From: a bacterium
GTDB lineage: Bacteria; Omnitrophota; Gorgyraeia; Zapsychrales; Fredricksoniimonadaceae
DNA length: 43,505 nt
Reading direction: 5' to 3'
Assembly (NCBI GenBank): GCA_021783915.1
Contig: JAJXTI010000004.1
Coordinates: 1 to 43,505 of the forward strand
Under the pieces are notes generated by a model. The model did not search any database, was not told the origin of the DNA, and saw only the letters and a list, made by a program, of their open reading frames with translations. Below are positions 16,968 to 27,178 of the stretch, in pieces; position 1 is the stretch's first letter, and each line of letters opens with the position of its first letter. The position numbers and the translations under genes are program-made.

Positions 16968-17593
16968 TTGCTTCTATTAAAGGTCAAGTCGTTGAACGTT
17001 TAGAAAATGCGGTCATTATTGATACCGGAGCATTAAATTATGAAGTGCTTGTGCCGGTTTCGGTTTTGCAGAGGTTGCAAGAAAATCAAGATAGCGATGG
17101 CAATGTACGCTTAATCACGTATCATTATTTACAGATATCACCCTCGAGTGCGAATGAGATGTTGGTGGGTTTTTTAAATGAAGTTGAGCGGGATTTCTTT
17201 TTAGAGTTTATTAAAGTCTCTGGTATCGGCCCACGGGCAGCTGTTAGAGCCCTGAATAAATCCATCGGAGAAATTGCTCAGGCTATCCATCAAGGAGACA
17301 CTAAATATTTAAAGACTTTGCACGGTATCGGTGAACAAAAAGCCAAAGAAATTGTAGCCAAATTGCAGGGGAAAATGGGCAAATTTACCCTGATGCGTGA
17401 CCGTGTTGAAGCGGTAAAAGAACAACCCTTTAATTTATATGATATTGAAGAAGAAGCTTTGCACATTTTGTTGCAATTGCAGTACAAAAAAACAGAAGCG
17501 GAAAGTATGATAAAAAAAGCCCGGGAGCGTAATAACAAAATTTTAACTTCCGAAGAATTGTTAAACGAAATTTATAATCAGAGGAATAAATAA
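16964..17593 (+). CDS. ruvA: Holliday junction DNA helicase subunit RuvA
   Basis: MIASIKG.V...., HhH motifs L..VSGIGPRAA...L and L..L.GIGEQKAKEIV. ATGA overlap with ruvC. Confidence 0.93.
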   Translation: MIASIKGQVVERLENAVIIDTGALNYEVLVPVSVLQRLQENQDSDGNVRLITYHYLQISPSSANEMLVGFLNEVERDFFLEFIKVSGIGPRAAVRALNKSIGEIAQAIHQGDTKYLKTLHGIGEQKAKEIVAKLQGKMGKFTLMRDRVEAVKEQPFNLYDIEEEALHILLQLQYKKTEAESMIKKARERNNKILTSEELLNEIYNQRNK

Positions 17594-17609
17594 AGGATTA
17601 TTTTAGGTA

Positions 17610-18293
17610 ATGCATCAACAAGCAGAACTTTACAAAAGCGGTATTGAAGCATTATTGTTCGTCAGTGACAAACCCATTGCCTTGGAGCAGTTTAAGACTG
17701 TTTTCCCCGAGCTTAAGCCAGCGGAGATTGTGGGACTGATACAGCAGCTTCAAGAAGACTATGTCAATCGTCAGGCGGGCATGGTCATTGTCGATATCGC
17801 TGGCGGCTGGCAGATGCTTTCTAACAGCAACGCGGCCGGATACATTCGTGAGTTTTATAAGACAAAATCCAAAGAAAGACTATCGCGTCCATCTTTAGAA
17901 TCTTTGGCCATTATTGCCTATAAACAACCAGTTAGCCGGGCTGATTTGGAAATTATCCGTGGAGTTAATTGTGACGGGACCGTGGCTCATTTACTGAACA
18001 AAGGCCTTATTGAAATTGTCGGGCGTAAAGAGGTGCCTGGTCGGCCGTTTTTATACGGCACGACAAAGGCTTTTTTGGAATATTTTGGTTTAAAATCATT
18101 GGAAGATTTACCTAAACTGGAGCAGCTTCCACAGTTGTCCCAAGTAGAGACGATAATATCAGCTGATGGAACACAGTCTTCCTTGCCTGCACAAGAGTCG
18201 TTCTCGGAAGCTGGCGTGGAATTGGTGAGTCAGGAAACTAGCGGACAGTCAAGGATTGAAGCACAGACAGCAGAGCAAAACACTTTAGAGTAA
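17610..18293 (+). CDS. scpB: Segregation and condensation protein B (ScpB)
   Basis: IEALLFVSDKPI..., LSRPSLESLAIIAYKQPVSRADLEIIRGV, GRPFLYGTTKAFLEYFGL. Confidence 0.9.
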   Translation: MHQQAELYKSGIEALLFVSDKPIALEQFKTVFPELKPAEIVGLIQQLQEDYVNRQAGMVIVDIAGGWQMLSNSNAAGYIREFYKTKSKERLSRPSLESLAIIAYKQPVSRADLEIIRGVNCDGTVAHLLNKGLIEIVGRKEVPGRPFLYGTTKAFLEYFGLKSLEDLPKLEQLPQLSQVETIISADGTQSSLPAQESFSEAGVELVSQETSGQSRIEAQTAEQNTLE

Positions 18294-18298
18294 TTGAT

Positions 18299-19363
18299 AT
18301 GGATATACAACAGTTAAGAAAAAATATAGATGTTTTAGATGCCACGATCGTTGAGCTTCTTAATCAAAGGGCCCAAATTACGTTGGGAATTGGCCAGCAG
18401 AAGCTTAAAAATAAAGCATCCATTTATGCTCCCGCGCGAGAGAAGCAAGTTCTTGAGCGTATTAAGACGCTCAATAAAGGTCCCATGACTCAAGAGGCAT
18501 TTGAAGCAATCTACCGCGAAATTATGTCTGCATCGCTGGCCTTGGAGAAACCTTTGCGCATTGCTTACCTTGGCCCTGAGGCAACGTTCTCGCATTTGGC
18601 CGCGCTTAAACGTTTTGGATCTATGGTCGAGCATGTTTCTTGTGAGAATGTCTCGGAGATTTTTAGCAAAGTTGAACGCGGGGATTGTGACCACGGGGTC
18701 GTACCTATTGAAAATTCAATCGAAGGGGTCGTTACATATACGATAGACCTTCTGGTAGATTCTGAACTTAAAATCTGTTCGCAGATATTATTGGATGTTT
18801 CTTTGAATTTGATGGCTAACTGCTCCTTTAATAGCATAAAACAAGTGTACTCACATCCACAACCTTTAGGTCAATGTCGTCAGTGGTTATTAAAAAATTT
18901 GCCGCATGTACAGATCATAGCTACGGCCTCCACGACTAAGGCCGCACAGATAGCATCAAGAAAGAAAAATGCAGCGTGCGTTGCCTCAGAAATCGCGGCG
19001 TCTTTGTATGGGCTTCATATTTTAAAGAAAAATATTCAAGACAGTTCACAGAATATTACGCGGTTCTTAGTGTTATCTAACAGCGATGTCCCGCCAACAG
19101 GTAAAGACCGTACGTCTTTGGTTTTTTCTATTAAGGACAGGGTTGGAGCCTTGCATGCGATGCTGACACCTTTTTATAAAAATAAGATTAATTTGACAAA
19201 AATAGAGTCCAGGCCATCTAAGAAAAAGGCTTGGGATTACTATTTCTTTGTTGATTTCGAAGGGCATCAGGATGACCCTCATGTTAACCGTGCTTTAAAG
19301 CAATTAGAAGGCATGTGTAAGTTTATGAAGATTTTGGGGTCTTACCCTGTGATTGAATCATGA
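18299..19363 (+). CDS. pheA: Bifunctional chorismate mutase / prephenate dehydratase (P-protein)
   Basis: N-terminal CM domain (LR..ID.LD..IV.LLN.RA), PDT domain (IAYLGPEATFSH...VPIENSIEGVV) and C-terminal ACT (TSLVFS...GAL...INLTKIESRP). Confidence 0.93.
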   Translation: MDIQQLRKNIDVLDATIVELLNQRAQITLGIGQQKLKNKASIYAPAREKQVLERIKTLNKGPMTQEAFEAIYREIMSASLALEKPLRIAYLGPEATFSHLAALKRFGSMVEHVSCENVSEIFSKVERGDCDHGVVPIENSIEGVVTYTIDLLVDSELKICSQILLDVSLNLMANCSFNSIKQVYSHPQPLGQCRQWLLKNLPHVQIIATASTTKAAQIASRKKNAACVASEIAASLYGLHILKKNIQDSSQNITRFLVLSNSDVPPTGKDRTSLVFSIKDRVGALHAMLTPFYKNKINLTKIESRPSKKKAWDYYFFVDFEGHQDDPHVNRALKQLEGMCKFMKILGSYPVIES

Positions 19364-20439
19364 AGGTTGCCAATTCTTATATTTTCGGTATCAAGCCTTA
19401 CGTGCCGGGCAAACCCATCGAAGAAGTCAAGCGGCAGTTAAAATTAAAAAGTGTCATCAAGCTTGCTTCCAATGAGAACCCATACCCACCTTCACCTAAG
19501 GTGATTGCTGCGCTTAATAAAACTGCAGGGAACATCAATCGTTATCCCGACGGGGGATGTTTTGTACTTCGACAGGTTCTGGCCAAGCATTTGAAAGTGG
19601 CTGAAAATCAGCTAATTTTTGGTAATGGTTCTGATGAGATTATTATCCTAGCCGTCAAGGCTTTTGTAGGAAAGGGTGATGAAGTCATTATCGCCAAACC
19701 TTCATTTTTAATTTACGAAATTGCCGCACGTCTGGCCGGGGCCAAGATTCATGAGGTGCCTTTAAAGAATTTCCGTTATGACTTGCAAAGGATGAAGGCA
19801 AAATTAAGCAAACGTACCAAGATAGTTTTTATCGGTAATCCGGATAATCCGGCAGGTACTTATATCAATGCCAAAGAAGTCGAAGATTTTATGAAGACGG
19901 TGAGTAAAGACACCCTAGTATTCTTTGATGAAGCTTATTTTGAATATGTTGATGCCCAAGATTATCCGGATACGCTCAAACTCATGGGGAAATATCCGAA
20001 TCTGATGACCTCGCGGACATTTTCAAAAATATATGGTTTGGCAGGGTTGCGCATCGGTTACGGTATCGGCCGGCCTGAAGTTGTGGACATTTTAAATCGT
20101 TTACGTGAACCTTTTAATGTAAACTCTATGGCCCAGGTGGCAGCCACAGCTGCTTTGTCGGACCAAAACTATTACCGACGTATTGCTAAAGAAGTCCAAC
20201 AACAGCGGCAATATTTGTACCGTGGCCTTGAAGCCATGGGATCAAAACATGAAACAAGTTTTACGAATTTTATTTTGATTCAGGTCAAGAATGCTAATCA
20301 AACGGCATTTGCTTTGTTGAAAAGAGGCGTCATCGTGCGTGATATGACGGCATGGGGATTGTCAAATTATATTCGTGTATCTATAGGAACAGCATCGGAA
20401 AATAAAAGGTTTATTAAAGTATTAGGGGAGGTTTTATGA
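19360..20439 (+). CDS. hisC: Histidinol-phosphate / aromatic aminotransferase (class II PLP)
   Basis: KLASNENPYPPSP, GNGSDEII and SRTFSKIYGLAGLRIGY (PLP lysine). ATGA overlap with pheA. Its operon position suggests an aromatic aminotransferase role. Confidence 0.8.
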   Translation: MKVANSYIFGIKPYVPGKPIEEVKRQLKLKSVIKLASNENPYPPSPKVIAALNKTAGNINRYPDGGCFVLRQVLAKHLKVAENQLIFGNGSDEIIILAVKAFVGKGDEVIIAKPSFLIYEIAARLAGAKIHEVPLKNFRYDLQRMKAKLSKRTKIVFIGNPDNPAGTYINAKEVEDFMKTVSKDTLVFFDEAYFEYVDAQDYPDTLKLMGKYPNLMTSRTFSKIYGLAGLRIGYGIGRPEVVDILNRLREPFNVNSMAQVAATAALSDQNYYRRIAKEVQQQRQYLYRGLEAMGSKHETSFTNFILIQVKNANQTAFALLKRGVIVRDMTAWGLSNYIRVSIGTASENKRFIKVLGEVL

Positions 20440-21452
20440 TTGTCATCTTACGCTCGGACGCGACCGAGGCCCAAATTCAACATATCGTCGATCGTGCGAC
20501 TAAATTAGGGCTTAAAAGCAACATTTCCAGGGGGATAGAGAGGACAGTTATAGGTTTTATCGGCTCTGAAGATGCCTTACGCGTGATCCCTTTGGAAGTT
20601 TTTCCCGGCGTTGAGCAGGTTCTTTCGGTATTAGCGCCTTACAAGCTTGTTTCACGTGAATTTAAAAAACAAGACACTATTATTAAGTTGCCCCACCATA
20701 CAAGCGTGGGAGGCAAAAAAATTGCCGTCATAGCAGGCCCTTGTTCAATAGAAAGTTATGATTCCATGCTTTCGATTGCCAAGAAGATTAAGAACTTAGG
20801 AGCGACCATTTTGCGTGGAGGGGCATTTAAACCCCGTACTTCGCCTTATGATTTTCAGGGTTTGGGGGAAGAAGGTTTAGAAATTCTGCAACGAGTCGGT
20901 AAAGAAGTGGGTATCTGTACGATTTCTGAAGTCATGGACACTCGCCAAGTGGAATTGGTGGCCCAATACGTTGATGTTTTACAAATTGGAGCACGCAATG
21001 TCCAGAATTTTTCGTTATTGAAAGAAGTAGGGGCCAGCAAGAAGCCGGTCATGCTTAAGCGTGGTATGTCAACGACTGTTAAAGAATGGTTAATGTCTGC
21101 AGAGTACTTATTGGCTAATGGTAATTTTGAAGTCATGCTTTGTGAACGTGGCATCCGGACCTTTGAAACCGCCACACGTAATACTTTAGATATTAACGCC
21201 GTGGCTGTAGCTAAGAAATTGACCCATTTACCTGTGATTGTTGATCCAAGTCATGGGACGGGAAGTTGGGAGTATGTTGCTTCAGGCGCCCGTGCAGGGG
21301 TTGCCGCTGGTTGTGATGGCTTGATGATTGAAGTGCATGAAAACCCAGAGGAGGCTTTGTCCGATGGCGCACAATCATTGATGCCGGATAAGTTCTTTGA
21401 ACTCATGGCTTCGTGTAAACGTGTGGCTCAAGCAGTGGACCGGGATCTATAG
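20436..21452 (+). CDS. 3-deoxy-7-phosphoheptulonate (DAHP) synthase, class I-beta with N-terminal ferredoxin-like regulatory domain
   Basis: IAGPCSIES, LRGGAFKPRTSPY.FQGL, KRG and VDPSH motifs. The N-terminal ~70 aa extension is of the type seen in Thermotoga-type enzymes. Confidence 0.9.
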   Translation: MIVILRSDATEAQIQHIVDRATKLGLKSNISRGIERTVIGFIGSEDALRVIPLEVFPGVEQVLSVLAPYKLVSREFKKQDTIIKLPHHTSVGGKKIAVIAGPCSIESYDSMLSIAKKIKNLGATILRGGAFKPRTSPYDFQGLGEEGLEILQRVGKEVGICTISEVMDTRQVELVAQYVDVLQIGARNVQNFSLLKEVGASKKPVMLKRGMSTTVKEWLMSAEYLLANGNFEVMLCERGIRTFETATRNTLDINAVAVAKKLTHLPVIVDPSHGTGSWEYVASGARAGVAAGCDGLMIEVHENPEEALSDGAQSLMPDKFFELMASCKRVAQAVDRDL

Positions 21453-21462
21453 AGGATTATTT

Positions 21463-22335
21463 ATGTTTAATCGTAAACAATTGTTTCGTCGGGTAGCAAT
21501 TGTGGGTGTGGGATTTATGGGTGCTTCTTTGGGGCTGGCCATCAAAAAAAATGGCCTGGCAAAAGAAGTTGTGGGTATTGGCCGTCAGGAAACGTCCCTG
21601 AAAGAAGCCAAGAATATCGGCGCTATTGATGAAAGCTTCTTGGACATCAAAAAAGGGCTTCATGGAAGTGATTTGATTGTCTTGGCCACACCGATTCAGG
21701 CCATTTTGGATACCTTGGAATTCTTAGGTAAAGAACATCAAAGGGGTTGTATCATTACAGACCTAGGAAGCACTAAAACAGTGATTGTTGACAGGGCAGA
21801 AAAAGTACTCCATCATTCAGCGCTTTTTGTCGGGAGCCATCCTTTAATCGGTTCAGAAAAAAAAGGGCCTACGTACGCCGATGCTACTTTGTATGAAAAT
21901 GCGTCCTGTATTATGACCCCTACCGACAAAACTAACCGTTTGGCCAAAGAAAAAATTAAACATTTTTGGGCTCAATTAGGGGCCCGGGTTAAAATGATGA
22001 CCCCGCAGGAACATGATGAGGCGTTGTCTTTTATCAGCCATCTACCGCATTTGACAGCCTTTGCTTTGATGAAAGCCATTCCGGATCCATTTTTAGAGTA
22101 TGCTACCCAAGGATTGCGTGATACGACGCGTATTGCAGCCTCAGATCCACAAATATGGAGTGATATTGCTTTATCTAATCATAAAAATATTCTTAAATCT
22201 ATCGATGAAACAGTGAAAATCTTGTCTACTATCCGCAAAGCAATCGTATCTCGTGATGGGCAATCCCTGGAAGAGATTCTAAAGTCTGCTAAAATCAAGC
22301 GTGAAAGCATTGAAGGTCAACATGGAAACGCATAA
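21463..22335 (+). CDS. tyrA: Prephenate dehydrogenase
   Basis: Rossmann IVGVGFMGASLGLAIKK, GSHPLIGSEK, HD...SF.SHLPH. ATG 21463 is preferred to the track's 21397, which lies inside the DAHP synthase gene. Confidence 0.88.
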   Translation: MFNRKQLFRRVAIVGVGFMGASLGLAIKKNGLAKEVVGIGRQETSLKEAKNIGAIDESFLDIKKGLHGSDLIVLATPIQAILDTLEFLGKEHQRGCIITDLGSTKTVIVDRAEKVLHHSALFVGSHPLIGSEKKGPTYADATLYENASCIMTPTDKTNRLAKEKIKHFWAQLGARVKMMTPQEHDEALSFISHLPHLTAFALMKAIPDPFLEYATQGLRDTTRIAASDPQIWSDIALSNHKNILKSIDETVKILSTIRKAIVSRDGQSLEEILKSAKIKRESIEGQHGNA

Positions 22336-22996
22336 GCATTTGATTATTACGCTTGATGGGCCTGCAGGTGCAGGTAAAAGTACTGTTGCAAAACACTTGG
22401 CCAAGCTTCTAGGGATTTCCTATTTGGATACGGGGGCAATGTATCGTGCCTTAACGCTTAAGGCGCTGCGTTTAGGGATTAAATTTGATGATGAGAAGAT
22501 TTTAACTGATCTGGCCAAAAACACGGTCATTGATTTTACAGAAATGCCAGATGGTTCTTTGCATGTGAGGCTGGATGGCGAGGATGTGGCTCTGGACATT
22601 CGAAGCCTGGAGGTCACTAACAATACTTTTTATGCTGCCAGGACAGCAGGTGTCAGGGAACTAATGGTGGGTTGGCAAAAAGAAATTGGCCTGAAACATT
22701 CAATAGTGACTGATGGTAGAGACCAGGGTACAGTGGTTTTTCCCAAAGCTGATTTTAAATTTTACATGGATGCAAATTTTGAAGAACGTGTACAAAGAAG
22801 ACTTAAGGAACTCCAAGAAGCAGGGAAAGCAGTGGATGCTGGACAGTTAAAAAAAGATATGCAGGATCGTGACCAAAAAGATTTCACCCGTGCAGTCGGC
22901 CCTCTCAAAAAAGCTGGCGATGCCATTGTGATTGATTCAACACATTTAAGTATCCAACAAACCGTTGAAGAGATCATGAAACACATTCAAATTTGA
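22322..22996 (+). CDS. cmk: Cytidylate kinase
   Basis: IITLDGPAGAGKSTVAK.LA..LG..YLDTGAMYRA, DGRD.GTVVFP.A. ATG 22322 is chosen (METHKH...). Confidence 0.93.
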   Translation: METHKHLIITLDGPAGAGKSTVAKHLAKLLGISYLDTGAMYRALTLKALRLGIKFDDEKILTDLAKNTVIDFTEMPDGSLHVRLDGEDVALDIRSLEVTNNTFYAARTAGVRELMVGWQKEIGLKHSIVTDGRDQGTVVFPKADFKFYMDANFEERVQRRLKELQEAGKAVDAGQLKKDMQDRDQKDFTRAVGPLKKAGDAIVIDSTHLSIQQTVEEIMKHIQI

Positions 22997-22997
22997 T

Positions 22998-24788
22998 ATG
23001 AACCAGTCTAATATCCGTAATTTTTCCATCATTGCGCACATTGATCATGGTAAGAGTACCTTGGCTGATCGGCTTTTGCTTTTTGCTGGGGCCATTGATG
23101 AGAGGAAATTTCGCAACCAAATGCTCGATGACATGGATCTTGAGCGTGAGCGCGGTATTACTATTAAAGCCTCTGCTGTTCGTCTACAATATAAGGCTAA
23201 AGATGGCAAAGATTATATTTTTAATTTGATTGATACCCCGGGCCATGTGGATTTTTCTTATGAGGTAGAAAAATCTTTACGTGCTTGTGAAGGGGCCTTG
23301 CTTTTGATTGATGTGACCCAGGGGGTAGAATCTCAAACAATAGCTAATTATTACTTAGCTATCGACAATAATCTTGAAATTTTGCCCGTTATTAACAAGA
23401 TTGATATTGCTAATGTAGATATTGATGAAGCTAAACGTCAATTTACAGAAATTCTTAAATTTAAACAGGAAGACATTCAGTTGGTTTCAGCCAAAGAGGG
23501 GCTCAATATTGATACTCTTTTTGAGAAAATTGTTTCTTTTATACCTGGGCCTGAAGGGGATTCCACGTCACCGCTTAAGGCCCTGATTTTTGATATGAAA
23601 TATGATATTTATAAGGGGATTATTATTTATGTCCGTCTTTTTGATGGCATGTTAAAGCCAGATATGAAAATCCGCTTTATGAATGTGGGTAAAGAGTTCG
23701 CGATCCAGGAAGTAGGTATTTTTGCGCCTGAAGCTCAACAGGTTAAAGGCCTTTCTGCCGGAGAGGTTGGTTACATCACCTGTAATTTACATGATCCTAA
23801 AGAAGTGAGGGTGGGAGACACGGTTACTGGAGTGGAAAATCCAACGGCCCATGCTTTGGAAGGTTATAGGCAGCTTAAACCTTTCGTTTTTTGCGGTGTT
23901 TATCCGGTGAATGCTGGAGATTATGCGGCTTTGCGTGAGGCTATTGATAAATTACGTTTATCAGACCCTAGTTTTGTTTATGAGCATGAGACATCCCAAT
24001 CTTTCGGTTACGGTTTTCGTTGCGGTTTTCTGGGACTTTTGCACATGGAAATTGTCCAGGAACGACTGGAGAGGGAATATGACCTGAATTTAATCTTAAC
24101 AACTCCTAATGTAGGATATAAAATTGTTAAACGTGATGGATCAGTCATGGATCTAGAAAATCCATCGGATTTACCCAACGGTTCAGAAATCAATCATATT
24201 GAAGAACCGATTTTAGCTGTATCGATTTTTACGCCTGTAACCTATATGGATCAAGTTATGGAATTGGCTAAACGCAAGCGTGGCATTTATCAAAAAAGTG
24301 AGTTTATTGGTGATCGAATGAAGATTTTATTTGATATTCCTCTGTCAGAGGTTATAGTGGACTTTAATGATTTAATTAAATCTGCTACCCGTGGATATGG
24401 TTCCATCGATTATGAATTTAAAGAATACAGTTCTGCCCAAATTACCAGGCTCGATATTTTGATTAATGATGATCCTTGTGATGCGTTTTCCTGTATGGTT
24501 CATAAAGACCGGGCTTATGAAAAAGGATTAGCTTTAGTCAGTAAGTTAAAGGATTTGATCCCACAGCAATTGTTTGAGGTACGTATTCAAGCTACTTGTG
24601 ATGGGCGTATTGTTTCCAGCGCCAGGGTCAAACCTGCTGGCAAGAATGTGACTGCCAAATGTTATGGTGGAGACATTACCCGAAAAAGAAAGCTTTGGGA
24701 AAAACAAAAAGAAGGAAAGAAAAAACTTAAACAAATTGGACGGGTGGAGGTCCCGCAAGAGGCATTCTTAGCTGCCTTGAAAATATGA
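22998..24788 (+). CDS. lepA: Translation elongation factor 4 (LepA)
   Basis: IRNFSIIAHIDHGKSTLADR, DTPGHVDF, NKID and the characteristic LepA C-terminal domain ...KCYGGDITRKRKLWEKQKEGKKK. Confidence 0.98.
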   Translation: MNQSNIRNFSIIAHIDHGKSTLADRLLLFAGAIDERKFRNQMLDDMDLERERGITIKASAVRLQYKAKDGKDYIFNLIDTPGHVDFSYEVEKSLRACEGALLLIDVTQGVESQTIANYYLAIDNNLEILPVINKIDIANVDIDEAKRQFTEILKFKQEDIQLVSAKEGLNIDTLFEKIVSFIPGPEGDSTSPLKALIFDMKYDIYKGIIIYVRLFDGMLKPDMKIRFMNVGKEFAIQEVGIFAPEAQQVKGLSAGEVGYITCNLHDPKEVRVGDTVTGVENPTAHALEGYRQLKPFVFCGVYPVNAGDYAALREAIDKLRLSDPSFVYEHETSQSFGYGFRCGFLGLLHMEIVQERLEREYDLNLILTTPNVGYKIVKRDGSVMDLENPSDLPNGSEINHIEEPILAVSIFTPVTYMDQVMELAKRKRGIYQKSEFIGDRMKILFDIPLSEVIVDFNDLIKSATRGYGSIDYEFKEYSSAQITRLDILINDDPCDAFSCMVHKDRAYEKGLALVSKLKDLIPQQLFEVRIQATCDGRIVSSARVKPAGKNVTAKCYGGDITRKRKLWEKQKEGKKKLKQIGRVEVPQEAFLAALKI

Positions 24789-25447
24789 ACCATAAAAATA
24801 CTAAAACTAAATCTGCCCTGCGTGATTGGGTTGAATCAATAGTTATTGCTTTAGTGTTGGCAATCTTTATACGGACTTATTTTTTCCAACCGTTTAAGAT
24901 CCCCAGCGGTTCCATGCGCATGACTTTGATTGAAGGAGACCATCTGTTTGTCAATAAATTACGTTACGGCCCGATTCTTTTGCCTGAGCTGCACGCTCCG
25001 GACTTTTTAAGACAGCGGCTGGGCCCCAATTTTGATATCCAGTGGCCTAAATTCCTACAGCCTCTGGCCCACATCCGGCTTCCGGGGTTTGGTCATCCCC
25101 AGAGAGGGGACATTGTTGTTTTCGTATTCCCACAGGACCGCACCAAAGATTTTATCAAACGTCTTATTGGCCTTCCTGGAGATCATGTCGTAATTAAAGA
25201 TGGAAGCATTTATATCAATGGTAAGCAAGTCACGGATCCCCGTATTAGAAATATATATTACTATAATCGTGGAGATTATGGGCAAGAGGGGGAATCTATC
25301 ACGGTACCTCCTGGGCATTATTTTATGCTAGGAGACAATAGCGGCTCTAGCTATGACAGCCGTTATTGGGGGTTTGTGGATGAATATGATATTGTAGGCA
25401 AAGCGGATTTGTTGTTTTGGCCTATAAATCGCATTCGTTTGTTATGA
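24785..25447 (+). CDS. lepB: Signal peptidase I
   Basis: IPSGSMRMTL (catalytic Ser), KRLIGLPGD (catalytic Lys), GDNSGSSYDSRYWG. Confidence 0.95.
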   Translation: MNHKNTKTKSALRDWVESIVIALVLAIFIRTYFFQPFKIPSGSMRMTLIEGDHLFVNKLRYGPILLPELHAPDFLRQRLGPNFDIQWPKFLQPLAHIRLPGFGHPQRGDIVVFVFPQDRTKDFIKRLIGLPGDHVVIKDGSIYINGKQVTDPRIRNIYYYNRGDYGQEGESITVPPGHYFMLGDNSGSSYDSRYWGFVDEYDIVGKADLLFWPINRIRLL

Positions 25448-25791
25448 TAAAAAATCTTATAGTAATATTAGCTATGGTAATTTTAGGTGGTTGTCAGACG
25501 GCACAATCTAAACCTGCGACACAAAAAATTGAATCAACCTCGCAAGTGGTTTCTGCTTTAGGTGCGGTTACAGAAGGTTTAACCAATCAAGATATCAGTC
25601 AAAAGGATCTAAGAAACTTAGCCATTCGGGTACAAAAAGATCCACAGGTCAAATCTGCGGTGCAGTCGATTAATCAGGCTTTAAGTGTGCAGCAGGGATG
25701 TGTTAAATATTGTCCTGTAGATGGTCAACGATTTAGTTGTAATGTAGATGTTTGTCCTATTCATAAAGTAAAATTAAAGATTGTAGAATAG
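25444..25791 (+). CDS. Small predicted lipoprotein with C-terminal Cys/His cluster
   Basis: ATGA overlap with lepB. Signal MIKNLIVILAMVILGGC. The C-terminus CVKYCPVDGQRFSCNVDVCPIH matches no family I recognise. Confidence 0.55.
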   Translation: MIKNLIVILAMVILGGCQTAQSKPATQKIESTSQVVSALGAVTEGLTNQDISQKDLRNLAIRVQKDPQVKSAVQSINQALSVQQGCVKYCPVDGQRFSCNVDVCPIHKVKLKIVE

Positions 25792-25802
25792 GTAAGTTAA
25801 AT

Positions 25803-26372
25803 ATGCCTCTTACTTTTGCTAACAAAGTCACTATTGGCCGTATCCTTTTAGTACCGTTTTTTATCGCGACTGTTTTATATTTTTCTCCGGAAAGACCCTA
25901 TCTACGTTGGCTGGCTTTAGTTTTTTTCCTAACCGCAGTCATCTCAGATGTTATTGATGGTTACATTGCCCGTGTCCATCATCAAAAAACAAGAGCCGGG
26001 GCCATTTTGGATCCTTTGGCCGATAAAATACTTTTAATCAGTGCCTTTATTTGCCTTTATATCCGACGGGGTAATTGGGAAGAAATTGTTTTTCCTTTGT
26101 GGTTTGTGGTGGCCATCATCAGCCGGGACATTATTTTGATTTTAGGGGCCATGATTATTCAACTTGTGACAGGTAAATTAGAGATGGAAGCTAACCGTTG
26201 GGGAAAAACTACCGCATTTTTGCAGATAGTTTGTGTTTTAGGAATGCTTTTGCAGTGGTCCTTTACAAGGATTTTTTGGTATGCGGCTCTAGTGGCTACC
26301 GTTATATCGGGTGTGATTTATATTAAAGAAGGGATCAAACTTATCAATGAGCATGGTTCTTCTAGCCAGTAG
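25803..26372 (+). CDS. pgsA: CDP-alcohol phosphatidyltransferase (phosphatidylglycerophosphate synthase-like)
   Basis: Signature DGYIAR....T..GAILDPLADK. Confidence 0.85.
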   Translation: MPLTFANKVTIGRILLVPFFIATVLYFSPERPYLRWLALVFFLTAVISDVIDGYIARVHHQKTRAGAILDPLADKILLISAFICLYIRRGNWEEIVFPLWFVVAIISRDIILILGAMIIQLVTGKLEMEANRWGKTTAFLQIVCVLGMLLQWSFTRIFWYAALVATVISGVIYIKEGIKLINEHGSSSQ

Positions 26373-26979
26373 TCTTGGCCTCACATATCTGATTGGCGCT
26401 ATCCCTACCGCTTATATTGTCGGTCGTTTATTTAAAGGTATCGATATACGTGAGCACGGTTCAGGCAATGTAGGGGCGACCAATGCCTTTCGTGTTTTAG
26501 GTAAATGGCCGGGAACGGTAGTTTTGACCATTGATATTCTTAAAGGTATTATTCCGACCGCGGTCATAGCAAACATTTTCGGTTTAACTACCCCCTTGAT
26601 GCTTGTTATTATTGGTTTAGTGGCTGTAGCCGCCCATAATTGGACGGTATTTCTAAATTTTAAAGGTGGTAAGGGTATTGCGACAAGTTTAGGGGTACTG
26701 ATTGGTTTGACAATTCAAATTCCTGGGTTGCGTCCGGTATTATTAATTGTTGTAGCTGTTTGGCTGGTGGTGTTTCTGCTGTCTGGATATGTATCTTTGG
26801 CCTCACTTTTTGCCACGGTGGCCTTGCCGATTTCTATGGTCACTGTGGAAGCTCCGTTTGTTTTAAAAATTATGTCTATAATCCTATGTATTTTTATCGT
26901 TTTTCGTCATCGTTCTAATATTACCCGCCTGATTCAAAGTAAAGAAAACCGCGTCAGACTTCCTTTTTTAAGAAAATAG
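26347..26979 (+). CDS. plsY: Glycerol-3-phosphate acyltransferase PlsY
   Basis: YLIGAIPTAYIVGR...GSGNVGATNAFR.LG, FKGGKG.AT. The start is ambiguous (26347 or 26353). Confidence 0.93.
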   Translation: MSMVLLASSLGLTYLIGAIPTAYIVGRLFKGIDIREHGSGNVGATNAFRVLGKWPGTVVLTIDILKGIIPTAVIANIFGLTTPLMLVIIGLVAVAAHNWTVFLNFKGGKGIATSLGVLIGLTIQIPGLRPVLLIVVAVWLVVFLLSGYVSLASLFATVALPISMVTVEAPFVLKIMSIILCIFIVFRHRSNITRLIQSKENRVRLPFLRK

Positions 26980-27073
26980 GGTTTACCCATCTTGCTGTGC
27001 AATCAAGGCCTTGTTTTTATTTTTGTGACATAGCTTTTTTAGAAAACGCTTTCCCAATATGACTTATATTGCC

Positions 27074-27101
27074 TTGTTTTGGACTTGACAGGTGATATAC
27101 T
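27074..27101 (+). promoter_or_regulatory. Candidate promoter for the 27179 orphan gene
   Basis: TTGTTT (27074-27079), 16 nt spacer, TATACT (27096-27101). Confidence 0.35.
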
Positions 27102-27178
27102 TCAATTGAGAGACAAGAGATATGCTATAAACAAAATCAATATAAAACTATATATTTCATATAGATAGGAATTCTTAA

